NCBI GenBank assembly: GCA_041745595.1
Contig: JBGTIR010000065.1
Location: forward strand, 1 to 41,023
Length of the DNA: 41,023 nucleotides
DNA from: Planctomycetaceae bacterium
GTDB lineage: Bacteria; Planctomycetota; Planctomycetia; Planctomycetales; Planctomycetaceae
Reading direction: 5' to 3'
The notes beneath the pieces were generated by a model. The model saw nothing but the letters and a program-made list of their open reading frames with translations. It searched no databases and was not told where the DNA came from. This document shows, piece by piece, positions 34,127-41,023 of the stretch (the stretch's first letter is position 1; every line of letters begins with the position of its first letter). The translations under genes were made by a program, and so were the position numbers.

Positions 34127-35521
34127 CTACTCGAACTGGAACGCGAAGAGCTTCGCATCGTGCATCGCAATCCGCAGCCGGACCGTCTTGCCCGACAGGC
34201 CCGACACGTCGCCGCCCGCCTTCCACGCAACGGATTCGGACAGCGAATCACCTGTGAACGGGACGGCGTCGGCGAAGGCGAACCCCGGAACGGGGCGACC
34301 CTGCTCGTCCTCGATCTGCACTTTCAAGTGACCGCCGTCGCGGGCGATCGCGTTCAGCCGCAACCGTTCGCCGTCGAACCGCAGCGGTTTCGTCAGCAGT
34401 TCGCCGCCGGTCTTGCCGGTTTCGATCGCCACGTAGCCGTCGGCCCGGTAGGTAAATCGCCGGATGCGGCTGTCGGGGCCTTCGTAATACGCCTCGGTGG
34501 CGTAGACCGAGTAACGCTCCGGTTCGCCGGGGAGCGTCAGCACGCCCCAGGCCATGTAGTTGCTGCGGTTTCCCGAACGCTCCTCGGGCGCCGACTCGGG
34601 AACGACCGGGTCCAGCCAGCGCTTGAAGGTGATCCCGTCGCGGCTGGAAAGAAACGTCGGCTCGACGCGCTGTCCCTGATCGGGTAGAAACCGGGTCGGA
34701 AAGCCGATCAGCAGATGCGGCGCGCCGGGCGCGTTGCGGATCGCGTTCGTGTAAAGATGTTCGAGCGGGGTCTCGCCGTATTCGAGAAAACGCGGCTGCG
34801 TCCAGTTGAGAAAATCGGTCGACGTTTCGGTCTTGATGTCGCGCACCTTGCGGAAGTCGCGGTGATAGCAGCGATACAGCCGGGCGTGGGGATCCCAGAA
34901 CGCCAGGTTCTGCGAGTCGAAAGCCCCTTCGGTAATCACCGGCTCGTCGTGCATCAGCGACCAGTGAATCGCGTCGGCAGACTGGAACACGTACAGACCC
35001 TTCTTGCCCCCCGGCACGCCGCTGGAGATCGCCTTGTAACGTGCTTCGGGCGGCGCATCGGGATTCTCGTCCTTGAACGGCGTAAAGCAATGCGTTCCGA
35101 TGCCGTCCCAGACGATGTTGTTCTCCTTCGATCCCTCGAACTCGAACAGCCCCAAGTTCGGTTTGATCCACTGGATGCCATCCCGGCTCTCGGCGTAACA
35201 GGTCACTTCGCGATGCGTGGCCCGCTTGGCTTCGGTGTCCCAGTGCGAGCCGCGGTAGTACATGCGGTACAGCTCGCCATCCTGGAAGATTGTGTAGTAC
35301 GCGCAGGTGTTCCCCTCCCACGGGCGATCGGTCACGAGCGCCACGTCGCGCGGTTCGGGTTGCTGCACCTTCTGAACCGCATCGCCGCTCAGCCGGTCGA
35401 TCAGGACGTCGTCCACCAGTAGTTCGCGGCGCGAACCGATGTCGATCGGATCGGCGGCCGGCAATTCCGCGGGCACGCCCGCCAGCACACACAGCGCGAG
35501 ACAAGCCGAGAAGAGTCGCAT
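34127..35521 (-). CDS. secreted glycoside-hydrolase-like protein (beta-propeller GH43/GH32-type fold suspected)
   Basis: Start taken at MRLFSACLALCVLAGVPAELPAADP (signal peptide; minus-strand ATG at 35521). The longer ORF to 35692 has an Arg/Ser-rich non-protein-like leader. The family call is tentative. Confidence 0.5.
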   Translation of the reverse strand: MRLFSACLALCVLAGVPAELPAADPIDIGSRRELLVDDVLIDRLSGDAVQKVQQPEPRDVALVTDRPWEGNTCAYYTIFQDGELYRMYYRGSHWDTEAKRATHREVTCYAESRDGIQWIKPNLGLFEFEGSKENNIVWDGIGTHCFTPFKDENPDAPPEARYKAISSGVPGGKKGLYVFQSADAIHWSLMHDEPVITEGAFDSQNLAFWDPHARLYRCYHRDFRKVRDIKTETSTDFLNWTQPRFLEYGETPLEHLYTNAIRNAPGAPHLLIGFPTRFLPDQGQRVEPTFLSSRDGITFKRWLDPVVPESAPEERSGNRSNYMAWGVLTLPGEPERYSVYATEAYYEGPDSRIRRFTYRADGYVAIETGKTGGELLTKPLRFDGERLRLNAIARDGGHLKVQIEDEQGRPVPGFAFADAVPFTGDSLSESVAWKAGGDVSGLSGKTVRLRIAMHDAKLFAFQFE

Positions 35522-35576
35522 CGAAAGCTCCTCGTGGGTCGAAGGATCGAACACGGGCGATCGTCTCGCCGCACCT

Positions 35577-36461
35577 TCACAACGAGCGCGCCGCGTCGCT
35601 CGCCGCGAACTCCCCTTTGCCGTCGGCGACGAGACGCGCTCCAGCGTACTCGGGGTCGTGGTCGAACAGCAACCACCAGTTTTTTGATGCAATCTCCGCC
35701 AGCAGATCGCGTTTCACGCGGCGGGTCTGCATTTGAAACAGGTCATAGCCGATGCACCACGCCGTCGGCAGGTGCCAGCTCGTGGGGCAGATGTCTCCTG
35801 CGTAGACGGCCCCCTGCCCCGCGTGTTCGATCACCACCGCCTGATGAAACTCGGTGTGGCCCCCCGTCCGGCGGACGCTGACTCCGGGAACGATCTCCGC
35901 GTCCCCTTCGACCAGATGCAGCCGATCGGAATCCGCCAGCAACGCGAAGTTCTCTTGAGCATAGACGCCGCGGAGCAACGGTTCCCCGGATCGCGCCACG
36001 TCCCATTCCCCCTGCTGCACGACGTACGTCGCCCGGGGAAATGTCAGTTCGAGTTCGCCCGCTGCGTTGACTCGTGTGACACCTCCGGCATGATCGAAGT
36101 GCAGGTGCGACAGGATCACGAAATCGACGTCCTCCGGAGCGACGCCGAGTTGGGCGAGATTGCGCACCAGCGCATCGCCGGCCTCGGCGGCGTAGAGCTT
36201 GCGCTGCTTCTCGTTGAGCTTCGATCCGTAACCAGTGTCGATGAGGATCGTCCGTTCGCCCGTGCGCACGAGGACGCAGTTCGTCGCCTGGGGAATGCGA
36301 TTCAGTTCGTCAGGGACAATTTTACGCGCCCAGAGGACTTTGGGGACGACGGCGAACATCGTTCCGCCGTCGATGCGGAACCGTCCTCCCGAAACGGTGG
36401 CGATGTCCCAGTCCCCGAACTTCATGTACGATCTCAGCCGGAATGTGTTCGCACGGCTCAC
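35577..36461 (-). CDS. MBL-fold metallo-hydrolase
   Basis: HxHxDH motif (LSHLHFDHAGG) plus a downstream His/Asp ligand pattern. 294 aa; an alternative start at MKFGDW (36425). Confidence 0.8.
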   Translation of the reverse strand: MSRANTFRLRSYMKFGDWDIATVSGGRFRIDGGTMFAVVPKVLWARKIVPDELNRIPQATNCVLVRTGERTILIDTGYGSKLNEKQRKLYAAEAGDALVRNLAQLGVAPEDVDFVILSHLHFDHAGGVTRVNAAGELELTFPRATYVVQQGEWDVARSGEPLLRGVYAQENFALLADSDRLHLVEGDAEIVPGVSVRRTGGHTEFHQAVVIEHAGQGAVYAGDICPTSWHLPTAWCIGYDLFQMQTRRVKRDLLAEIASKNWWLLFDHDPEYAGARLVADGKGEFAASDAARSL

Positions 36462-36529
36462 CCATCATGCGAGACTCCCGAACGATTCGCAACCGTGCAA
36501 TTGCGGGGACGGCTCCGGACGAAGCTCCA

Positions 36530-37414
36530 TCAGCCGACGTCTTGCCCCAAAGTCTGCAAGCGTTCGAGCCGTTGAGGCTCCTCGGCGGCGAGCCATGCGT
36601 CGCACGAAAGGGTCGCGTGCGCTCGGGCGAACCACGGCCTGGCTGCCTCGGTTCGCCCCAGAGCGAGCAGACATTCGCCGAGTTCTTCGAAGACGTAGCC
36701 GTCGTCCTCGCCGAATTCTTTCCATTCCGCTTCGAGTGCGTACTGCCGGGCGAGCGCCGCTTCGACCTGACCCAGCGACCGCAGCGCACGGGCGACGCAC
36801 CAGCGGGCGATGCGCAGTTCCCGGGGCTGTTGCTTCTCCTCGCGAAACGCGACCGCTTTCTCGAAGATCTCCAGCGCCTGCGCGTAGTCTCCCGCGTCGT
36901 GCAGCGTCCAGCCGATGTTGTTGTAGAGCGAACCCAGCCAGTTGCGAGCGCGGGGAGACGCCGAGCGTTCCGCCAGTTCGAGCGCCAGCCGATTCCAGCG
37001 GAGCGCCTCTTCCTCTTGGCAGACGATGGCCGCCATGTGCGCGGCGTCAACCGCATAGGCGTCGAGCCCGGCCTCGCACGCCCTCTGCCAGGCCGCCTCG
37101 AACAACGGGCGTGCCTCGTCCCGCCGTCCCGAGGAATTGAAGACGCGGCCGCGTTCGAGCCCGTAGCGAACCGCCACCGTCGCGTCGGCGTCCGCCAGCC
37201 GAGGCTCGATCTCGTCGAGCATCTGGTGTGCTTCGTCAAACCTCCGCTGCAAACCCAGCGTGCGCGCGAGTTGCGTCAGCAGTTGCAGACGATACGACTC
37301 CTCGGCCTCCGCGCCGATCGCGGCGAGCCGGTCACGAAAGGCCCGCTCCGTTCCCACCGGATCGCTGTAATTCCACAACGACTCAAAGTCGAGCGGTGGG
37401 TCGTCATTGCGCAT
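36530..37414 (-). CDS. tetratricopeptide-repeat protein
   Basis: Repeated 34-aa helical units with the W-LG-Y / A-x-x-A-x-x-x-F-x-x-A pattern (ARNWLGSLYNNIGWTLHDAGDYAQALEIFEKAV...). Confidence 0.65.
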   Translation of the reverse strand: MRNDDPPLDFESLWNYSDPVGTERAFRDRLAAIGAEAEESYRLQLLTQLARTLGLQRRFDEAHQMLDEIEPRLADADATVAVRYGLERGRVFNSSGRRDEARPLFEAAWQRACEAGLDAYAVDAAHMAAIVCQEEEALRWNRLALELAERSASPRARNWLGSLYNNIGWTLHDAGDYAQALEIFEKAVAFREEKQQPRELRIARWCVARALRSLGQVEAALARQYALEAEWKEFGEDDGYVFEELGECLLALGRTEAARPWFARAHATLSCDAWLAAEEPQRLERLQTLGQDVG

Positions 37415-37509
37415 GAATCCGTTTCCGTTCGCGCCCAGCCAAGGATCGAATTCGACAGCTTAACCGCGCACCGCGCGGTCGATCAATCCGACGTCTCGAC
37501 GCGTTCCGG

Positions 37510-37821
37510 TTAAAACGCTCCGGGAAGTTCCGCCGGCGGGGCGGGGGGCGGGACGAGCAATCGCGGCGGAGCCGTTCCAGGCAATGACTGCGGAACCGGT
37601 ACGCTCAGCGTTTCCTCCTCGATCGGAGGGAGCGGCGGGATACGGTTCGTGGAGGGACTGAGAGAACGTGAACGTATTGGAGCCGCCGGGTATCCCGACA
37701 CGATGCGCCCGTCATCAACCGCGGGTCGCGACGCGGGCTGCGTCTCTTTGGAGCGACAACCCGAAACACCTGCGACCAGCGCCAGGCAGAACAGGATCAG
37801 AGATCGGCGACCAACGGTCAT
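37510..37821 (-). CDS. small Pro-rich lipoprotein (hypothetical)
   Basis: Start at MTVGRRSLILFCLALVAGVSGC, a lipobox-like signal. Pro-rich tail. Low-complexity, so weak. Confidence 0.35.
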   Translation of the reverse strand: MTVGRRSLILFCLALVAGVSGCRSKETQPASRPAVDDGRIVSGYPAAPIRSRSLSPSTNRIPPLPPIEEETLSVPVPQSLPGTAPPRLLVPPPAPPAELPGAF

Positions 37822-38065
37822 AGCGGGCACTCCTCCCCAGGGGAATTTCTCGGGTCCGGCGAGAATCATCGACGCTGCGGTCGGCCTTTCGTTATCGTCA
37901 CGGTCGCGCGGCGAAAATGCAGTCGATCGCCGTCGTCGACGCGATTTCCCCTCTCACGCGCCGAACGTTCCCACTGACCGCGATCTGTCGAAGACGCTCA
38001 AGACGCCCGTCAACGAAAGTTTGCGGCTTGCACGCGATGCGCGCGGTCTCCCATCGGAACAACCG

Positions 38066-38548
38066 TCACGGATTGCGCAAATCGACCGGCTTCGCCGAGC
38101 GGTCCGGAGCATCGAGATAGCTCTGCAGTATTGCCTGTGCAGCCAGCATGTCGCGGCGGTGCTTACGCTTCTTCTTCGTCAGTTCCGCCAACTGCAGAAT
38201 CTCGTCCGCGCGTTGTGACGAATGCCGTTCGTCCCAGAACGTCAGCGGACGATCGACGGCCTTCGCGGCCCATTCGCCGAAGACGCGGGCCTCGGACGCC
38301 TTCGCGCCTTCCTCGCCGCTCATGTGAACCGGCAGGCCGACCACGAGTCCCACAATGCGATACTCCTCGACCACCAGACGCAGCTTGCGAGCGTCGAGTT
38401 CGAGCGTGCGGCGTTCGTAGTTCTCCAGCGGTGAGGCGATCGACTGATCGCGGTCGCAGACGGCGAACCCGAGCCGTTTCGCGCCGAAGTCGATTCCCAG
38501 CAGAGCGCCTGCGGACGGGAACGTCGCCGGCTCAGAGGAACCGTTCAT
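38066..38548 (-). CDS. ruvX: Holliday-junction resolvase-like putative pre-16S rRNA nuclease RuvX/YqgF
   Basis: About 160 aa. N-terminal LLGIDFGAKRLGFAV with the catalytic Asp, conserved EER..S, and a lysine-rich C-terminus. Overlaps the manC stop by 17 nt. Confidence 0.85.
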   Translation of the reverse strand: MNGSSEPATFPSAGALLGIDFGAKRLGFAVCDRDQSIASPLENYERRTLELDARKLRLVVEEYRIVGLVVGLPVHMSGEEGAKASEARVFGEWAAKAVDRPLTFWDERHSSQRADEILQLAELTKKKRKHRRDMLAAQAILQSYLDAPDRSAKPVDLRNP

Positions 38549-39626
38549 GTCCCTCCTCCTTGAGCCGGTCGATCAGCTTGCGCAGCGCATTTTCGTCGTC
38601 TTTGCGGGCGATGAGCGTGGCGTCGTGGGTCTGCACAATGATCAAATCCTCAACGCCGTAAGTCGCAATCAGGTGCTGCTGATCTCCGTCGATAATGCAA
38701 CCCCTGGTCTCAATGCCGCAGTACGTCGCATGCACGGTGTTGCCGTGCTCGTCGCTTCCCAGCCGCCGCGGCAGCGATTGCCACGCCCCGACGTCGTCCC
38801 ACTCGAACGGCGCCTCAATCACACACACCTGTCCCCCGCCCGCCGCGGTTGCCGCGCGTTCCATCACCGCCACGTCGATGGGAACCGACTTCATTCCGGG
38901 AAACTCGGCCGCCAGCACGTCGTCCCACCGGTCGGTGCCGAATGCGGGACGCAGTTGTTCCAGCCGGGCCGCGATCTCGGGTTCGAAGCGTTTGAGCGCC
39001 TGCAACACGCGCGCCGCGCGCCACACGAATATGCCGCAGTTCCAATAAAACCGGCCGCTGTGAACGTATTGCTCCGCGATGTCGATATTCGGCTTCTCGC
39101 GAAACGATGCCACGGGAAACACGTTCGCGTCGACGTCAAGCGCAGGTTCGCCCCGTTCGATGTATCCGAATGCGACCGAGGGATAGCCCGGGCGGACTCC
39201 GAACAGCACCATCCGTTCCGGATTCGCCTCGATCGCGGCCACCGCCGTCTCGACGGCGCGATGAAACGCTGCGTGGGGTTGAATCACGTGATCCGCGGGA
39301 AGCACCAGCATCACGGCGTCGGGGTCGACGGCGCACAGCGCGAGCGCGGCCAGACCGATGCACGGAGCGGTGTTGCGTCCGACGGGTTCGATCAGAAACC
39401 GCGACGCCGAAATCTCGGGAAGTTCCTCCGCCGTCGCCGCTTGCTGTGCGCGGTTGGTCACCACCCAGGTCTGCTCCGGGGCAATCCACGGACGCACCCG
39501 GTCGACCGTCTCGCGAATCATGCTCCGCTCGCCGACCAGCGGCAGCAACTGCTTCGGCATCGACTGACGACTCTTGGGCCAGAAGCGGGTTCCGCTTCCT
39601 CCCGACATGATGACGGCATGCAGCAT
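38532..39626 (-). CDS. manC: mannose-1-phosphate guanylyltransferase (GDP-mannose pyrophosphorylase)
   Basis: Start at MLHAVIMSGGSGTRFWP, the nucleotidyl-transferase G-rich signature. Length and C-terminal beta-helix region are typical of ManC. Confidence 0.85.
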   Translation of the reverse strand: MLHAVIMSGGSGTRFWPKSRQSMPKQLLPLVGERSMIRETVDRVRPWIAPEQTWVVTNRAQQAATAEELPEISASRFLIEPVGRNTAPCIGLAALALCAVDPDAVMLVLPADHVIQPHAAFHRAVETAVAAIEANPERMVLFGVRPGYPSVAFGYIERGEPALDVDANVFPVASFREKPNIDIAEQYVHSGRFYWNCGIFVWRAARVLQALKRFEPEIAARLEQLRPAFGTDRWDDVLAAEFPGMKSVPIDVAVMERAATAAGGGQVCVIEAPFEWDDVGAWQSLPRRLGSDEHGNTVHATYCGIETRGCIIDGDQQHLIATYGVEDLIIVQTHDATLIARKDDENALRKLIDRLKEEGHERFL

Positions 39627-39782
39627 TCTGGCGCGTCTCCCTGAAGTGCGGTCCGGACCGGCTCTCGACCCGACACTACCGCGCGAGTCGCTCCGGTTCA
39701 ATTACGACAGCGATCCCGCTTTGGCTGCGGAGGTCGGATCGGAGCGATTCACGCCCGGATCGGCGTTCCCCGAGCACAACTT

Positions 39783-40127
39783 CTATGCCAGTCTGGAGCC
39801 GTTCGGAACCGCCTGATCGGGAACCGCCAGCACCACGCTCCCGTCTTCGCGATAGAACCCCGTGACCAGGCATTCCGAGCGGACCGGACCGATCTGTTTG
39901 GGAGGAAAGTTGACGACGCCGACGATCTGCCGTCCCACCAGCGTCTCGGGCGTGTAATGCACCGTCAACTGAGCGCTGGACGTTTTGACGCCGTACTCCG
40001 GGCCGAAATCGATCGTCAGCTTGTAGGCCGGTTTCCGCGCCTCGGGAAACGCCTCGGCGGTCACGATCGTCCCGACCCGCAACTCGACGCGGACAAACTC
40101 CTCCCACGAAATCGGCTCGACCGTCAT
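39783..40127 (-). CDS. csaA: tRNA-binding protein (CsaA/Trbp111/EMAP-II-like OB-fold domain)
   Basis: [25 protein letters not shown]...[18 protein letters not shown]...[22 protein letters not shown] matches the conserved tRNA-binding domain. The longer ORF to 40211 would overlap apt. Confidence 0.7.
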   Translation of the reverse strand: MTVEPISWEEFVRVELRVGTIVTAEAFPEARKPAYKLTIDFGPEYGVKTSSAQLTVHYTPETLVGRQIVGVVNFPPKQIGPVRSECLVTGFYREDGSVVLAVPDQAVPNGSRLA

Positions 40128-40173
40128 CCGCAACCCCTCGATGAAAAACTCCACCCACTCTGCCACTCTGCCC

Positions 40174-40707
40174 TCAATCCTCTCCCGCATACCGGACCAG
40201 GCTCTCGACACGGTGCGGGCGCAAACGTTCGCGGCCCCGCAGAAAATCGAGCTCGATCAGAAACGCAAAACCCACGACCGTCGCGCCGGTCTCCTCGACG
40301 AGTTTCAGGCAGGCGCCGATCGTCCCTCCCGTCGCCAGCAGGTCGTCGACCACCAGGACGCGGTCGTCGTTCGATACGGCGTCGGAGTGCATCTCCAGGG
40401 TGTCGCTGCCGTATTCCAGATCGTACGAGTGCGACCGCGTCTGATAGGGGAGCTTTCCCGGTTTGCGAACCGGAATGAACCGCGCCTTGAGAGCCAGCGC
40501 CAGGGGCGCGGCGAAAATGAAACCCCGCGCTTCGGCGGCGACGATGGCGGTCACTCCCGCGTCGCGATACAGCGCCACGAAGCGGTCGACCACCGACTGA
40601 AATGCGGCCGGTGAGGCCAGCAGCGTGGTAATGTCGCGAAACAGAATTCCCGGTTTGGGAAAATCGGGAATGCTGCGAATGTGTGCTTTCAGATCGATCT
40701 CAGACAT
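40174..40707 (-). CDS. apt: adenine phosphoribosyltransferase
   Basis: Start at [27 protein letters not shown] (the canonical Apt N-terminus). PRPP-binding motif [13 protein letters not shown]. Confidence 0.85.
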   Translation of the reverse strand: MSEIDLKAHIRSIPDFPKPGILFRDITTLLASPAAFQSVVDRFVALYRDAGVTAIVAAEARGFIFAAPLALALKARFIPVRKPGKLPYQTRSHSYDLEYGSDTLEMHSDAVSNDDRVLVVDDLLATGGTIGACLKLVEETGATVVGFAFLIELDFLRGRERLRPHRVESLVRYAGED

Positions 40708-40741
40708 CGCGTCGAAACTTTCTGCAAGGAATCGGTGAATC

Positions 40742-41023
40742 TCAGGGAGAGTCGAGACTCTCCAACAGGGTTTGCGCGCGGGCTGTGAATTCCGCGGCCC
40801 GCGGATCGGTTCGGTAGGCGGCAATCAACGCCCGACATATTTCCCGCGCGTCTTCGAGACGATCCTCCCTGCGGGCCGCTTCGGCGCGCCGCAGAGCGGC
40901 TTCCAGAAACGGCCCGAAAGCGGATTCCACTTCGAGCGCGTCGTCGAGGACTTGGAGACGTTGCTCCACCTGCGCCCGCACCACCGCGTCGCCGTTCGGC
41001 GGCAGCAGCGCGCGCAGCGCCAC
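40742..41023 (-). CDS. C-terminal part of a hypothetical protein (gene continues beyond window end)
   Basis: Open minus-strand frame running to the window edge, with Ala/Arg-rich helical sequence. No assignable motif. Confidence 0.3.
   Translation of the reverse strand: MALRALLPPNGDAVVRAQVEQRLQVLDDALEVESAFGPFLEAALRRAEAARREDRLEDAREICRALIAAYRTDPRAAEFTARAQTLLESLDSP

Noticed and set aside
1-41023. CRISPR array, rRNA genes, integrase or phage genes flanking the tRNA array
   Set aside because: No direct-repeat/spacer periodicity, no rRNA-like conserved blocks, and no recombinase-like ORFs were found. The tRNA array is flanked by ordinary metabolic and secreted-protein genes.

Overview
This 41 kb window is high-GC (roughly 65-70%) and its gene content points to a Planctomycetota-type genome: a DUF1549/DUF1553 - DUF1501 operon, a PVC-type heme-binding/dehydrogenase giant protein, an ECF sigma factor next to a Ser/Thr kinase carrying a DUF1559 domain and WD40 repeats, and many secreted proteins.

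Layout:
- 3-104 (+): C-terminal fragment of an IS3-family transposase, cut by the window edge.
- 175-7991 (-): fhs, then a tightly coupled three-gene operon (DUF1549/DUF1553 heme-binding protein, a large PPC-like secreted protein, DUF1501).
- 8136-14577 (+): ECF sigma factor, then a giant anti-sigma-like zinc-finger / Ser-Thr kinase / TM / DUF1559 / WD40 gene that is interrupted by a single in-frame TGA at 10836-10838, then a serine-hydrolase (beta-lactamase-family) gene.
- 15155-17891 (+): a dense same-strand array of about 20 tRNA or tRNA-like genes (Phe, Glu, Ile, Lys, Lys, Thr, Gly, Pro, Asn, Ser, Ala, Val, Asp, Tyr, Leu, Met-like, Ser, His, Trp, plus one degenerate copy). None encodes CCA, several are only 10-15 nt apart, and several carry non-canonical features. 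This is the most unusual element in the window.
- 18347-27982 (+): SPFH/band-7 protein, an isochorismatase-ThuA fusion, a 1170-aa PVC heme-binding/dehydrogenase protein, a polytopic membrane protein with a poly-Pro N-terminus, and a secreted hypothetical protein.
- 28006-41023 (-): translationally coupled addB-addA helicase-nuclease genes, a glycoside-hydrolase-like secreted protein, an MBL-fold hydrolase, a TPR protein, a small lipoprotein, ruvX, manC, a CsaA-like tRNA-binding protein, apt, and a partial gene at the edge.

The many long ORFs antisense to these genes are GC-driven shadow ORFs. No CRISPR array or rRNA is present.
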